A stretch of 64,000 nucleotides of DNA, taken from assembly GCA_052390235.1 (NCBI GenBank), contig JBQTHB010000003.1, forward strand, positions 273,403-337,402, written 5' to 3'. How positions within the stretch are numbered: position 1 is the stretch's first letter; the number at the start of each line of letters is the position of its first letter. The position numbers were made by a program, and so were the translations under genes. The notes below the pieces were generated by a model. The model worked only from the letters and a program-made list of their open reading frames with translations, did no database searches and was not told where the DNA came from. The stretch comes from Deltaproteobacteria bacterium. GTDB lineage: Bacteria > Desulfobacterota_D > UBA1144 > Nemesobacterales > CSP1-2. This document shows positions 20,086 to 29,547 of the stretch, piece by piece.

Positions 20086-20945
20086 GGCGCACCTCCTAAG
20101 TCGCTTTCAATGTTTATCCACAAATCCCCGAACCGCGCCGCGAAAGCCGCGGGAAAGCGCCTATCGGGAATCGCGCGTTTAATGTCCTCGCGCTCTGGGA
20201 TTTGACACTCCCAAGCCCTGATGGAAACCCCCTGTCCGCGTTTTTTTGCGCATACGAATTTAACGTCCTCCCAGAGTCTCTGGGTCTCGCGCGTGGGCTT
20301 GTCGCCGCGGAGTTTCGCCTTGTTCATAAACACGCCGAATCCGGGACTTTGGGATGGTTTTATCCGCTCGGCGAGTCCGTCAATCATAATCTCGACGCCG
20401 CGCGAGGCGAAAACGTCCGGGTTCACGGGGACGACTACGAGGTCAGCGGCGCAAAGCACTGAGTAGGCAAGAGGGGTGAAATACGCGGGGCAGTCAAATA
20501 AAACGTAGTCGTAGCCGAAGCCCGCCCTCGAAACCGCGCCGAGGAGGTCTGGGATAAATCTCGTCAATTTATCTCTCTGATAGCCCTCCCCTTCGAGGCG
20601 GTACAAATCAATCGCAGACGGGACAAAGTGCAGATTCGGCGCGATTTGATATACGAATGAGGAGTCGGCGGCGAAATCGAATTTTCGGGAATTGGCGTGG
20701 ATTCTGAGGGCGTCGGAGAGGGTTTTTTTATTTTTCAGATGGGCAGTGTCGTACCAAGTCTCAAAGTGGCCGTATCTGTCCCCGCTTTCCTGAAGCTGTA
20801 CGGCAAGGGTTAGACTCATCTGAGCATCAGCGTCAACGAGGAGAATCCGCCTGTCCGCCTTCTCCGCCGCGTATTTAGCGAGAAGCCAGCAGATGGTCGT
20901 CTTGCCGACTCCGCCTTTGAAATTTATTACCGCTATCGTTTTCAT
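20082..20945 (-). CDS. ParA/MinD-family P-loop ATPase (orphan)
   Basis: It has the deviant Walker A 'KGGVGKTT' and 'LLVDADAQ'. The start is trimmed to ATG (MKTIAVINF), giving 287 aa. Confidence 0.8.
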   Translation of the reverse strand: MKTIAVINFKGGVGKTTICWLLAKYAAEKADRRILLVDADAQMSLTLAVQLQESGDRYGHFETWYDTAHLKNKKTLSDALRIHANSRKFDFAADSSFVYQIAPNLHFVPSAIDLYRLEGEGYQRDKLTRFIPDLLGAVSRAGFGYDYVLFDCPAYFTPLAYSVLCAADLVVVPVNPDVFASRGVEIMIDGLAERIKPSQSPGFGVFMNKAKLRGDKPTRETQRLWEDVKFVCAKKRGQGVSIRAWECQIPEREDIKRAIPDRRFPAAFAARFGDLWINIESDLGGAP

Positions 20946-21140
20946 AGTTTTGAGCCTCGGCTTAAATTGCGCTGCGGGGGGAGTGGCGCAATCCCCGCGA
21001 GCCGGATAATCCAATTTTGCACTATAGGGGATTTGAACGCAAGTGGGTAGCGTTTCACACCGCCTCAAATTTGGGTAATCTCATTGCCGCCGATGAGCCG
21101 ATTATCCTGCAGCAGAGAGTCCATTAATTCGGGGGAGCAG

Positions 21141-21998
21141 ATGTTCGGAACTGCGCCTAGGGTGGATGTTTGGCTTCTCATCGAATACGGCGGGGTGTGG
21201 GGGAGGAAGGCTTTTCCCGCAAGCTCCATACCGGATGCGGCAAAGAATCTGTTGGGCGGCTGGCTCAATGCCATCCCAAATAGCAGGCTGCAGCTCATAA
21301 AACGCCGCAGGAATTCAGAAGAAGGGCTAAAATTCTACGTCGCCGCCTCATCCGAGCGCGAGCCGAAATTATTTGAATTCACCATCGCCGGCTACGCAGA
21401 CCTCCTCGGCTTCGACATCGGCAAAATCCTCTGCGGCGTCCCTACTCCCGCCACGACCGGCGAGGGGGGAAATATTTTTGCCGTCTGCGCTCACGGCTCG
21501 CACGACGCCTGCTGCGGCACGCTTGGGGCGCCCGTGTATCTCGAAGCCGAGAGGGGCGGAAATCCGGTGTGGCAGTCAACGCACTTAGGAGGGCATCGGT
21601 TCGCCCCGACGCTCGTGTGCCTGCCGGAGGGGATTTACCATGGCAGAGTCTCACAAGACGGCGTTTGCTCGCTAATGAGCCGCCATAAAAAGGGACTTAT
21701 CACGCCGCAGAGCTATAGGGGGCGCTCCTGCTACAGCGCTGAAGCCCAAGCCGCCGAGTTTTTCCTAAGGCGCGAGACCGGGCTTATGGGGCTTTCAGAG
21801 TTTCGCTTGATAAAATCCCAGAGGGCTGGGGATTCGGAGTGGACGATGGAATTCGGCGCATCGGGCGGGGGGATTTATAACATCCGCATCGGTAGGAATT
21901 CATCGGCTCTGAAACTCATCACGAGCTGCGGCGACGATGAAAAATCTCCGGTTGCGCAATTTGAACTGCTGGATTTCAGGATAGGGAATTCACTATGA
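21141..21998 (+). CDS. Sucrase/ferredoxin-like family protein (thioredoxin-like Fe-S fold)
   Basis: 'VCAHGSHDACCG' matches the family 'CTHGxRDxRC(G)' cluster, and the N-terminus is 'APRVDVWLLIEYGGVWG'. The ORF is trimmed to the ATG after GGGGGAG. Confidence 0.55.
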   Translation: MFGTAPRVDVWLLIEYGGVWGRKAFPASSIPDAAKNLLGGWLNAIPNSRLQLIKRRRNSEEGLKFYVAASSEREPKLFEFTIAGYADLLGFDIGKILCGVPTPATTGEGGNIFAVCAHGSHDACCGTLGAPVYLEAERGGNPVWQSTHLGGHRFAPTLVCLPEGIYHGRVSQDGVCSLMSRHKKGLITPQSYRGRSCYSAEAQAAEFFLRRETGLMGLSEFRLIKSQRAGDSEWTMEFGASGGGIYNIRIGRNSSALKLITSCGDDEKSPVAQFELLDFRIGNSL

Positions 21999-22452
21999 TA
22001 GCCTCAGTCGCTTTCGCTGGCTCACAGCGACACTTCATACCGAGCCTTATTCTTGTCATTCTCACGAAAGTGGGAATCCCTAGTTCGACTCCGCTCCCTT
22101 CGACTCCGCTCAGTCTGTAAAAAGCACTGTCATTCCCGTAGAATTGGGCGGGAATCCAGTATTTATCAACACAGCATGGATGCCCGATTACTCTTTCGGG
22201 CATGACAAATCACAAAAATGCGTAACATGAGCCCTTAGACTCCGCTCAGGGTGAAGACTCCACTCCTCGAAATGACACTTCATACCGAGTCTTATTCTTG
22301 TCATTCTCACGAAAGTGGGAATCCATAGCTCGACTGCTCTCCCCTCGACGTAGTTTATTTATAGTGAGCTTAGCCGAACTACTTAGGGTGAAGAGGAGTG
22401 GATTCCCGCTCAGAAGACTGCGGGAATGACAGAAGGGGGAGCGGCTCGCAAT
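21999..22452. repeat. MITE-like repeat locus C (two reverse-orientation R3 units plus R2 fragments)
   Basis: 'cttcataccgag[ct]cttattcttgtcattctcacgaaagtgggaatcc[ac]tag[ct]tcgact' occurs twice (22033-22095 and 22279-22340). There are also 'gactccgctcag...gtcattcccg...gggaatcc' hairpins. Confidence 0.8.
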
Positions 22453-22503
22453 GATAGCCTAAGCCCCTTCGAGTGTGGCAAAAAAATCCTGAGAGTGAAA
22501 TTT

Positions 22504-22549
22504 TCCTCCTCCCCGCTCCCCGCCAAAGCCAAAGCGGAGAGGGAGAGGA
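22504..22549 (-). terminator. Imperfect GC-rich hairpin just downstream of the S8 protease stop (weak terminator candidate)
   Basis: 'cctcctccccgctcc' pairs with 'ggagagggagaggag' around an 'aaagccaaagc' loop. A T-run lies about 20 nt further on the minus strand. Confidence 0.3.
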
Positions 22550-22571
22550 GACCTAAGGGGGGAGGGATTAG

Positions 22572-24407
22572 TTATCTGACTCTTATCTGAAGTACGTTCG
22601 AATACGCCGAGGATATCCCCGAGCCAACCGCTTTGACTCTGTATAAGTAAGTTCCCAGCGGCACTGAGGAGTTAGTAAAATTGGTAACGTTGCTCCCGAC
22701 CAAGCCGATTTGACTATAGACCGGGGTTTTGCCGAAGCTCGGCTTAAGGGCGCGCTCGATGATAAATCCGCTCTCGGTTTGGGAATTATCCGCCCATCTG
22801 AGCGATACGATTCTGCCGATGACCGACGCCGTAAGCCCGGATGGGGCGTTAATTGTCGCCGTTGAAGCCACTACCTCAACCGTGATTGAGTCAACGTTGG
22901 TTTTATTGCCGCTGTCCGTAACCGAAGCACTAATTGTGTGGATTCCGACTTTAAGCGCTTTACCTGCCGATGGGCCGACTCCGAGAGCGCCCTCCAAATT
23001 GGACTCCCAGTAAATCTCGGATGATAAATTGCCGTCTTCCGCGTCCAACGCCGCCGCGCTCATCTGAACTACCGCGCCCAATGTGTATTTAGCCCCATTC
23101 AGCGGCAATGAAATATCCACCACCGGAGGCTCGTTGACGACTCCCTGCGCCGCCGTCTCTACAGCGCGTCTCGCGTTTACCCGTCCCGCTCCAAAGTAAA
23201 TGTCCTCGCCCACAGCGCCAATGTCATCGACCGTAGCGAGCAATATCCCCTCTGCCTCGGCTGGGCTAAGCGATGGGTCTGCGGAGAAAATCAGGGCTAA
23301 CACTCCTGCAACTGCAGGGGCTGAAAAAGACGTTCCGCTTGCGTTGGCGTAGCTCCCGTTTGAATTTGTCGTGTAGAGTCCGACTCCCGGCGCGGCTAGG
23401 TCAACGTAAGTTCCAAAGCTGGAGAACGAGGCGAGGGTGTCGGTGTTGGTTGTCGCCGATATGGATAGGAAATTCTGCCAGTCGGTGTGAGTTTGCTGCG
23501 CTCCCTGATTGCCGGCTGAGAGAACCGTAACCGCTCCCCTAGCGCGGGCATAAGCCGCCGCGTCGTTAATAGCCTGATAGCTCGCCATCTGGAAGCTCAG
23601 GTTAATGACCCTCGCCCCGTTGTCAGCCGCCCACCTGATGCCTTCGGCGGCATCCGACACATAAGCGCAGCAGGAGCAGTCGGCAACCTGATTGTTCGTG
23701 ATTCTGATGGGCAGGATTTTGCTTGCCCAACTCACTCCCGCGCCGCCCACCCCGTTGTTGCCCCAAGCGGCGGCAACCCCTGAGACGAGGGTCCCGTGGT
23801 TGCACACGGCGGAGGTGTTAGTTGTTCCGTCAACGGTGTTAAATCCGGCAAGCACTTTCCCGTTTAGGTCGGCGTGGGTTGATAATACTCCCGTGTCGCA
23901 GACGGCAATTGTTACATCAGGCGAGCCTGTAGTGCTGTTCCAAGCCGCCAGAGATTCGATTTTCGTGTGAACCCACTGACTCCCATAAGAGGGGTCGTTG
24001 GGGATAAGGTCGGGAGGCACGGCTAGGTCAGCCTCGGCGAACTCCACAAGGGGGCTTTGCTTGATGCTGGCTATGAACTCAGCTTCCCGTCCCCTGCCCA
24101 CTGACAAGACTTCCATATTGAGCTTCTCAAGAGCGCGCACCCGCAGAGCGCCGACTCTACCCAGGAGATTTAATTTCTCTTCTTCGGATGCCGCTTTAAT
24201 CTCCGGCACTCCCAGTTTGTCAACTGCGTTGCCTCTGAGAGTCCTAAGGGCGCCTCTTGCCTCGACTCCAGATTTGAATTTGACGATGACTCTGCCGCTC
24301 GATACCGGCTCTTGAGCCGCCGCCGATGGGGTGGGGGTGAAACAGGCGAGAAATAAAACAAGCATGGCAGCCGCGGTAACCGCCATGCTTGTGGTAATGT
24401 GTCTCAT
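22572..24407 (-). CDS. Secreted subtilisin-like serine protease (S8) with propeptide and C-terminal Fn3-like domain
   Basis: It has a signal peptide and the catalytic triad blocks 'VCDTGV', 'HGTLVSGVAAA' and 'GTSFSAPAVAGVLAL'. It is 611 aa. Confidence 0.85.
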   Translation of the reverse strand: MRHITTSMAVTAAAMLVLFLACFTPTPSAAAQEPVSSGRVIVKFKSGVEARGALRTLRGNAVDKLGVPEIKAASEEEKLNLLGRVGALRVRALEKLNMEVLSVGRGREAEFIASIKQSPLVEFAEADLAVPPDLIPNDPSYGSQWVHTKIESLAAWNSTTGSPDVTIAVCDTGVLSTHADLNGKVLAGFNTVDGTTNTSAVCNHGTLVSGVAAAWGNNGVGGAGVSWASKILPIRITNNQVADCSCCAYVSDAAEGIRWAADNGARVINLSFQMASYQAINDAAAYARARGAVTVLSAGNQGAQQTHTDWQNFLSISATTNTDTLASFSSFGTYVDLAAPGVGLYTTNSNGSYANASGTSFSAPAVAGVLALIFSADPSLSPAEAEGILLATVDDIGAVGEDIYFGAGRVNARRAVETAAQGVVNEPPVVDISLPLNGAKYTLGAVVQMSAAALDAEDGNLSSEIYWESNLEGALGVGPSAGKALKVGIHTISASVTDSGNKTNVDSITVEVVASTATINAPSGLTASVIGRIVSLRWADNSQTESGFIIERALKPSFGKTPVYSQIGLVGSNVTNFTNSSVPLGTYLYRVKAVGSGISSAYSNVLQIRVR

Positions 24408-24951
24408 AGGAATGCCTCCTTAAAGTGGTTTTTATGGCCACCCTAGGAATGGAAGCACCCTTCAGACCCTAATGAAGGAGGTAGTAAACCAAATCTTAGG
24501 CAATTTTTTGTAAATCAACAGCGAACCGCCTATCTTCGGCAACCCGGCCACCTTGGCTGTGCGCCGCTCATCGGTAATCTGATTTGCGCCTGACACCAGC
24601 GTTAGGTCGAAGGCTTTGCGTCCCATTCTTTCAAATGGTTTGCCCTTTCGGTTAGGTAAAAATGATTCTAACTCGAACATTTCACAGGTAATGAGTGCAA
24701 TATTTGTGCCGCGCGAGTCCGCCTGCCCAAATTCAAGATAATTCCCAATAATTGCGCCGAATTCGAGGGATTTACCGGTTCATAGCTGAACAGAGCATCA
24801 ATTAATATTAACAAATATTGACTACTTTCGGACGATAATTGTCATCCGGCGGCGCGCTCATAGCCCCATGATTTAACAGACCTGTCTTCTCGAACCATTC
24901 TGTGATAGAATCCGCGAGTGCAATCGCTCTTGTCAGAGAGGAGTTGATCAA

Positions 24952-25455
24952 ATGGCAGAGGAAGCCGGGAAAAAAGGCAAGGCAAAAATTCTGCGCGGTA
25001 TTAAGAGCAGGGAAATTATTGAGCTTATCGAGGCTACCGAGGGCATCAAGTTCGATTCCGACCGCCTTTACTACTACGAGCGAACGGGGCTAATAGTGCC
25101 GAGCGTAAGGCGCGCTGAGGGGCGTGGCGTGCCGAAACTCTATTCCGTAGAGGATTTTATAATGCTTCGGTGGCTCGTGTCGCTTCGCAAGCAGGGAATC
25201 TCGATTCAGCGTTTCCGGGACGTTATTGAATTTCTCAAGCAAAAAATGCCGGAAGCCATAAAAAACCCCCGGAACTGCGTTCTCATCACCGATGGCAAGT
25301 CGATAAAATTCTTCGATAAAGTCTCCTCGCAAGCCCTCGACGTGCTGAGAGATACGGGACAGTACCTGCTAGTTTTCCCAGTCGGCAGGATGATGGAGCA
25401 GGGCGAAGAGGCAATTAAAAAGCTGAGGACATCGGGCAAACCCAGAGGCGGTTGA
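24952..25455 (+). CDS. MerR-family-like HTH regulator
   Basis: 'LYYYERTGLIVP...LYSVEDFIMLRWLVSLRKQGISIQRFRDVIEFL' matches the MerR HTH/wing pattern ('YYE..GLL', 'Y...D...L..I..L...G.S'). There is a GAGGAG Shine-Dalgarno. Confidence 0.5.
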   Translation: MAEEAGKKGKAKILRGIKSREIIELIEATEGIKFDSDRLYYYERTGLIVPSVRRAEGRGVPKLYSVEDFIMLRWLVSLRKQGISIQRFRDVIEFLKQKMPEAIKNPRNCVLITDGKSIKFFDKVSSQALDVLRDTGQYLLVFPVGRMMEQGEEAIKKLRTSGKPRGG

Positions 25456-25470
25456 ACTTCGGAGGGAACC

Positions 25471-25896
25471 ATGTCGGTACACGGAATTTTATCCGGCGCA
25501 AAGCAGATTATTTACTCGGATTTGGTCTCGATAACACTGCCTCGCAGCAAATCCCGAATTGTCAGGAATAACGGCGACCAAGTCCACTGCGCGCTCTATC
25601 GGGGAATCAAAGGGCTGTTCCGAAAAGATGTGGGAGAGACCAGAGCCTTCGGGCGGGGTATCTGCGACAAAGTAGCGGCGGCGATGAATAATCGGGGTTT
25701 TTTCACATCGGACGAACTGCCCAATTACGGGATTTCCGAGAGCGAAAGGGACGCAATAGTGAACCGACTCGCCGCCGACCCTGAGGAGGATTTGATTCTC
25801 ATCTTTGCATACGGCGGAGAAGAGGCTAGGGCGTCTCTGAGGCTGTGCGAGGATTTAATCCGCGAGGCTAAATACACCTGGATTTATAGCCCCTGA
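25471..25896 (+). CDS. Hypothetical protein (141 aa)
   Basis: It has a good Shine-Dalgarno (GGAGGGAAcc ATG) and sits 15 bp after the MerR-like gene. No motif is recognised. Confidence 0.45.
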   Translation: MSVHGILSGAKQIIYSDLVSITLPRSKSRIVRNNGDQVHCALYRGIKGLFRKDVGETRAFGRGICDKVAAAMNNRGFFTSDELPNYGISESERDAIVNRLAADPEEDLILIFAYGGEEARASLRLCEDLIREAKYTWIYSP

Positions 25897-25904
25897 GAAT
25901 TTCC

Positions 25905-26210
25905 GGCGCGAGGGAGCGGAGTCGAACTAGGGATTCCCACTTTCGTGAGAATGACAAGAATAAGGCTCGGTATGAAGCGTCGCGGCGAGCCAGCGGAAGC
26001 AACTTAGGCTGTCATCCCCGCAACTCCTCCGAGCGGGAATCCATTCATCTTCACCCTGAGCGGAGTCGAACTGCGGATTCCCACTTTCGTGGGAATGACA
26101 AGAATAAGGCCCGGTATGAAGTGTCGCGGCGAACCAGCGGAAGCAACTTAGGCTGTCATTCCCGCAACTCCTCCTTCTGTCATTCCGAGCGCGGAGAGGA
26201 ATCTCACTGA
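25905..26210. repeat. MITE-like repeat locus D (tandem approximately 150-bp R3+R2 units, forward orientation, plus R1)
   Basis: 'ggagtcgaact[ag][gc]ggattcccactttcgtg[ag]gaatgacaagaataaggc[tc]cggtatgaag[ct]gtcgcggcga[ga]ccagcggaagcaacttaggctgtcat[ct]cccgcaactcctcc' occurs twice in tandem. It is followed by 'gtcattccgagcgcggagaggaatct'. Confidence 0.85.
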
Positions 26211-26344
26211 GGATTTCTCTTGTGAGTTTGCGCGTTTTCGCATGACTCTTGCATTTCACTGCGAAGAGTTGTTTTTCATCCTGCTTGGCGCATTCTGTGC
26301 GGGCTTGAACGTTGCCCCTCGGCGTTATAGAATTCTAGGCGATT

Positions 26345-27703
26345 ATGTCAGTAAATTTATCGAGACCACTTCCTCAAAACATCGAAGCAGAGCAAGCCGT
26401 GCTTGGCGCCGTGCTTATCGAAGGCGGCGTTATCAATCAGGTTATGGACGTCCTCACGGCGGAGGATTTCTATAGAGATGCGCACAGAAAAATCTTCGAC
26501 GCCATGATAGAGCTTGATAAGAAAAACAAGCCCATAGACATACTCACTCTATTCGATTATCTGAAATCCGGCGGGAAATTAATCGAAGAGGTTGGCGGCA
26601 GCGGCTATCTCACTTACCTCACCGAACTCGTCCCCTCCACCGTGAACGTGGCGTACTATGCGAGGCTCGTCAAGGAAAAATCGGTGCTGAGACGGCTCGT
26701 CGTCGTCGCTACGGACATCGCAACCCGCGGACAAGAGGAATCAATTGACCTCGATGATTTTATAGACCAAGCCGAGCATTCTATATTTGACGTAGCCCAG
26801 AACAAGATAAAACCGAGCTTCTACAGCACGAGGGAACTCGCGGCGCAGGCTCTTGAAATCATCGAGAAACTCCACTCGAGAAAAGAAAACATTACCGGAG
26901 TGCCAACCGGCTTCGAGAAATTGGACTCCATGACCTCCGGGCTTCAAGGCTCGGACCTGGTCATAGTCGCCGCGAGGCCTGGGCTTGGGAAAACCTCGTT
27001 TTGCCTCGACATTGCCGCCCATGCCGCCGTGGAACACGCCCTCAGCATAGGGATATTCTCTCTTGAGATGACAAAAGAGCAGCTCATGCTGAGGATGATT
27101 TCGAGCAGGGCAAAGGTGAGCTACTCGAACATTAGGAGCGGATATATTAAAAACTCCGAGCTTGAGAAACTAGTAGCCGCCGCCGACACCTTCAGCCAAG
27201 CGAAAATCTATATTGATGACACCGCCGCTATAAGCGTGCTGGAGCTTCGGGCGAAGGCGAGACGGCAGAAGAAGGAAAAAGGACTCGACCTCATCATTGT
27301 TGATTATCTTCAGCTCATGAGGGGAAGCTCTAGAACCGAGACCAGAGAGAGAGAAATTGCCGAGATTTCAGGCTCTCTAAAGGCGCTGGCGAAGGAGCTG
27401 AAAGTGCCGGTCATTGCGGTGTCTCAGCTCAGCCGCCAGACCGAAACCCGCTCGGACAAACGCCCCCAACTGTCGGATTTGCGAGAGAGCGGCGCGCTTG
27501 AGCAGGACGCCGACGTCGTAATGTTCATCCACCGCGCCGACGCCTATAAAAAACCCGAAGAACGGGACGGCATAGCCGAACTCATCATTGGCAAGCAGAG
27601 AAATGGCCCCACGGGGATAATAAAGCTCGCCTTCCTAGATAAATTGGGCGTGCCGAGCTTCGAGAACCTCGCCCCCGAGTACGAGGATATGGGCGTGATT
27701 TAG
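26345..27703 (+). CDS. dnaB: Replicative DNA helicase
   Basis: It has the N-terminal 'NIEAEQAVLGAVL', the Walker A 'AARPGLGKTSFCL' and 'IIVDYLQLM'. It is 452 aa. Confidence 0.9.
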   Translation: MSVNLSRPLPQNIEAEQAVLGAVLIEGGVINQVMDVLTAEDFYRDAHRKIFDAMIELDKKNKPIDILTLFDYLKSGGKLIEEVGGSGYLTYLTELVPSTVNVAYYARLVKEKSVLRRLVVVATDIATRGQEESIDLDDFIDQAEHSIFDVAQNKIKPSFYSTRELAAQALEIIEKLHSRKENITGVPTGFEKLDSMTSGLQGSDLVIVAARPGLGKTSFCLDIAAHAAVEHALSIGIFSLEMTKEQLMLRMISSRAKVSYSNIRSGYIKNSELEKLVAAADTFSQAKIYIDDTAAISVLELRAKARRQKKEKGLDLIIVDYLQLMRGSSRTETREREIAEISGSLKALAKELKVPVIAVSQLSRQTETRSDKRPQLSDLRESGALEQDADVVMFIHRADAYKKPEERDGIAELIIGKQRNGPTGIIKLAFLDKLGVPSFENLAPEYEDMGVI

Positions 27704-27981
27704 GCTCCTCGAACTATTCGGGCTGAGCCGCCCCCCCCCCCGCCTGATAAGCCAGAGGCTCGTCCTCTACAGATATTTGCCCATCATCCTCAGCAGAGCG
27801 AAAGCAATAGATTCTAGTGCGGGGACTCAGAAGGGCGCGGCTCTATAAAAATGAGCTATACGCCCCCCAATCCCCTAACGCCCCTATCGGCAGATTAACC
27901 CCACTCTAACCCGATGTTCACGCCGTATTAACATTTCCGGTTTTAACTTGGCGGGTACACACAGGACAAACGGAGGGGATT

Positions 27982-29547
27982 ATGATTATCAGAGCGGCAC
28001 TTTCAATATTGGCGATGGCGGCGATGCTCGCAGGGAGCGCGTCGGCCGAGATACGCCTCACACAAATAGGGACTTACTCAAGCGGGGTTTTTGACGGCGG
28101 AGGGGCAGAGATTGTGGCTCACGACCCCGGAACGCAGAGAATTTTCATCGTAAACCTAGACGCCAGAGGAATTGACGTGGTGAGCATTGCAAACCCCGCA
28201 AGTCCGACTCTTCTATTCACAATTGACGTTACGCCTTATGGGGAGGCGGCAAACAGCGTAGCCGTCCACGGAGGGATTGTCGCCGCCGCTGTGCAGAATA
28301 ACCCCAGCACCGACCCCGGACGAGCGGTGTTTTTCGATACTAACGGCAACTTTCTGGGCTCCGTCGTTGTGGGCGCGCTCCCGGACATGATTACATTTAC
28401 CCCGAACGGCAGGAGAGCGCTTGTCGCTAACGAGGGCGAGCCGAACGACTCCTACACGATAGACCCCGAAGGCTCGGTCAGCATAATTGACATCTCAAAA
28501 GGTATATCCAACCTCACTCAGGCAAATGTTGTAACAGCCGGATTTACTCAGTTTAGCCCAGATTCTCTCGATGCAAGCGTGAGAATTTTTGGTCCTAACG
28601 CCTCCGTCGCCCAAGACCTTGAGCCTGAATATATCACCGTTTCGCCGGATTCAAAGAGGGCGTGGGTTACCCTTCAGGAAGCCAACGCCCTGGGCATATT
28701 AGACATTAACGCGGGGAAATTCACGCAAATCGTCGGGTTTGGATTCAAAAATCACAACGCCCGGCAAAACGCCCTCGATGCAAGCGACCGCGACAGCGCA
28801 ATCAACATCGCCCCCTGGCCCGTGCTTGGGATGTATCAGCCGGACTCCATTGCGAGCTATGAATTTTTCGGCAAAACCTATCTCGTAACCGCCAACGAAG
28901 GAGACGCGAGAGACTACGAGGGATTCGCCGAAGAGGTGCGCGTGGGGAGCGTTACGCTTGATGCGGCAATCTTCCCCAACGCGTCAGTTCTCCGCATGAA
29001 CGCCAACCTCGGGCGGCTCACGGTATCGAGGGTCAACGCCGATACGGACGGCGACGGGGACTTTGACAGATTATTTGTAACCGGAGCGCGATCACTGTCA
29101 ATCTGGACTGCGGACGGTAAAAGGGTATTCGACAGCGGGGACGATTTCGAGCAGATAACAGCCGCCCTTCTGCCCGATAATTTCAACGCCAATAACGACA
29201 ACAACGACTCCTTCGACACGAGAAGCGACAACAAGGGTCCTGAGCCGGAAGGGGTTGTCGTAGGCAAAATCCTCCTCAGCACCTACGCCTTCATCGGGCT
29301 TGAGAGAATCGGCGGAGTGATGGTTTATAACATCACAAACCCCTTTAGCCCGAAATTCGTCGAGTACGTGAATAACCGCAATTTCTCGGTTGAAGCCGAA
29401 GACCCATTGGCGGGGGATTTGGGACCAGAAGGACTCATTTTCATATCCGCGCTCAATAGCCCAATTGCAAGACCGCTCCTCATAGTGGCAAACGAGGTAA
29501 GCGGCACGACGACGATATATCGCATTGACCTCGACATCCTGCCCTAG
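27982..29547 (+). CDS. Secreted beta-propeller protein (choice-of-anchor I / YVTN-like family)
   Basis: It has a signal peptide and repeated 'xPExxxVSPDxxxAxV' and 'GPEPEGV' blades. There is an AGGGGA Shine-Dalgarno. Confidence 0.55.
   Translation: MIIRAALSILAMAAMLAGSASAEIRLTQIGTYSSGVFDGGGAEIVAHDPGTQRIFIVNLDARGIDVVSIANPASPTLLFTIDVTPYGEAANSVAVHGGIVAAAVQNNPSTDPGRAVFFDTNGNFLGSVVVGALPDMITFTPNGRRALVANEGEPNDSYTIDPEGSVSIIDISKGISNLTQANVVTAGFTQFSPDSLDASVRIFGPNASVAQDLEPEYITVSPDSKRAWVTLQEANALGILDINAGKFTQIVGFGFKNHNARQNALDASDRDSAINIAPWPVLGMYQPDSIASYEFFGKTYLVTANEGDARDYEGFAEEVRVGSVTLDAAIFPNASVLRMNANLGRLTVSRVNADTDGDGDFDRLFVTGARSLSIWTADGKRVFDSGDDFEQITAALLPDNFNANNDNNDSFDTRSDNKGPEPEGVVVGKILLSTYAFIGLERIGGVMVYNITNPFSPKFVEYVNNRNFSVEAEDPLAGDLGPEGLIFISALNSPIARPLLIVANEVSGTTTIYRIDLDILP

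Noticed and set aside
24462-24680. 72-aa ORF upstream of the S8 protease
   Set aside because: It has no Shine-Dalgarno and no motif. It lies in the probable promoter/leader of the protease gene.
26161-26226. Apparent 11-bp flanking direct repeat 'CTGAG(A/G)ATTTC' around repeat locus D, as target-site duplication
   Set aside because: The right-hand copy lies inside the R1 extension ('gaggaatct..agatttctc') that also occurs at loci F and G. It is part of the repeat element rather than duplicated target DNA.
25927-26259. 110-aa minus-strand ORF with an internally duplicated 'SCHSHESGNP...CFRW.AATLHT.PYSCHSHESGNP' translation
   Set aside because: It is the conceptual translation of the tandem R3/R2 repeat units of locus D. 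The same repeat DNA yields similar pseudo-ORFs at 6481-6792, 11046-11279, 11299-11511 and 21976-22203. These are repeat artefacts, not genes.
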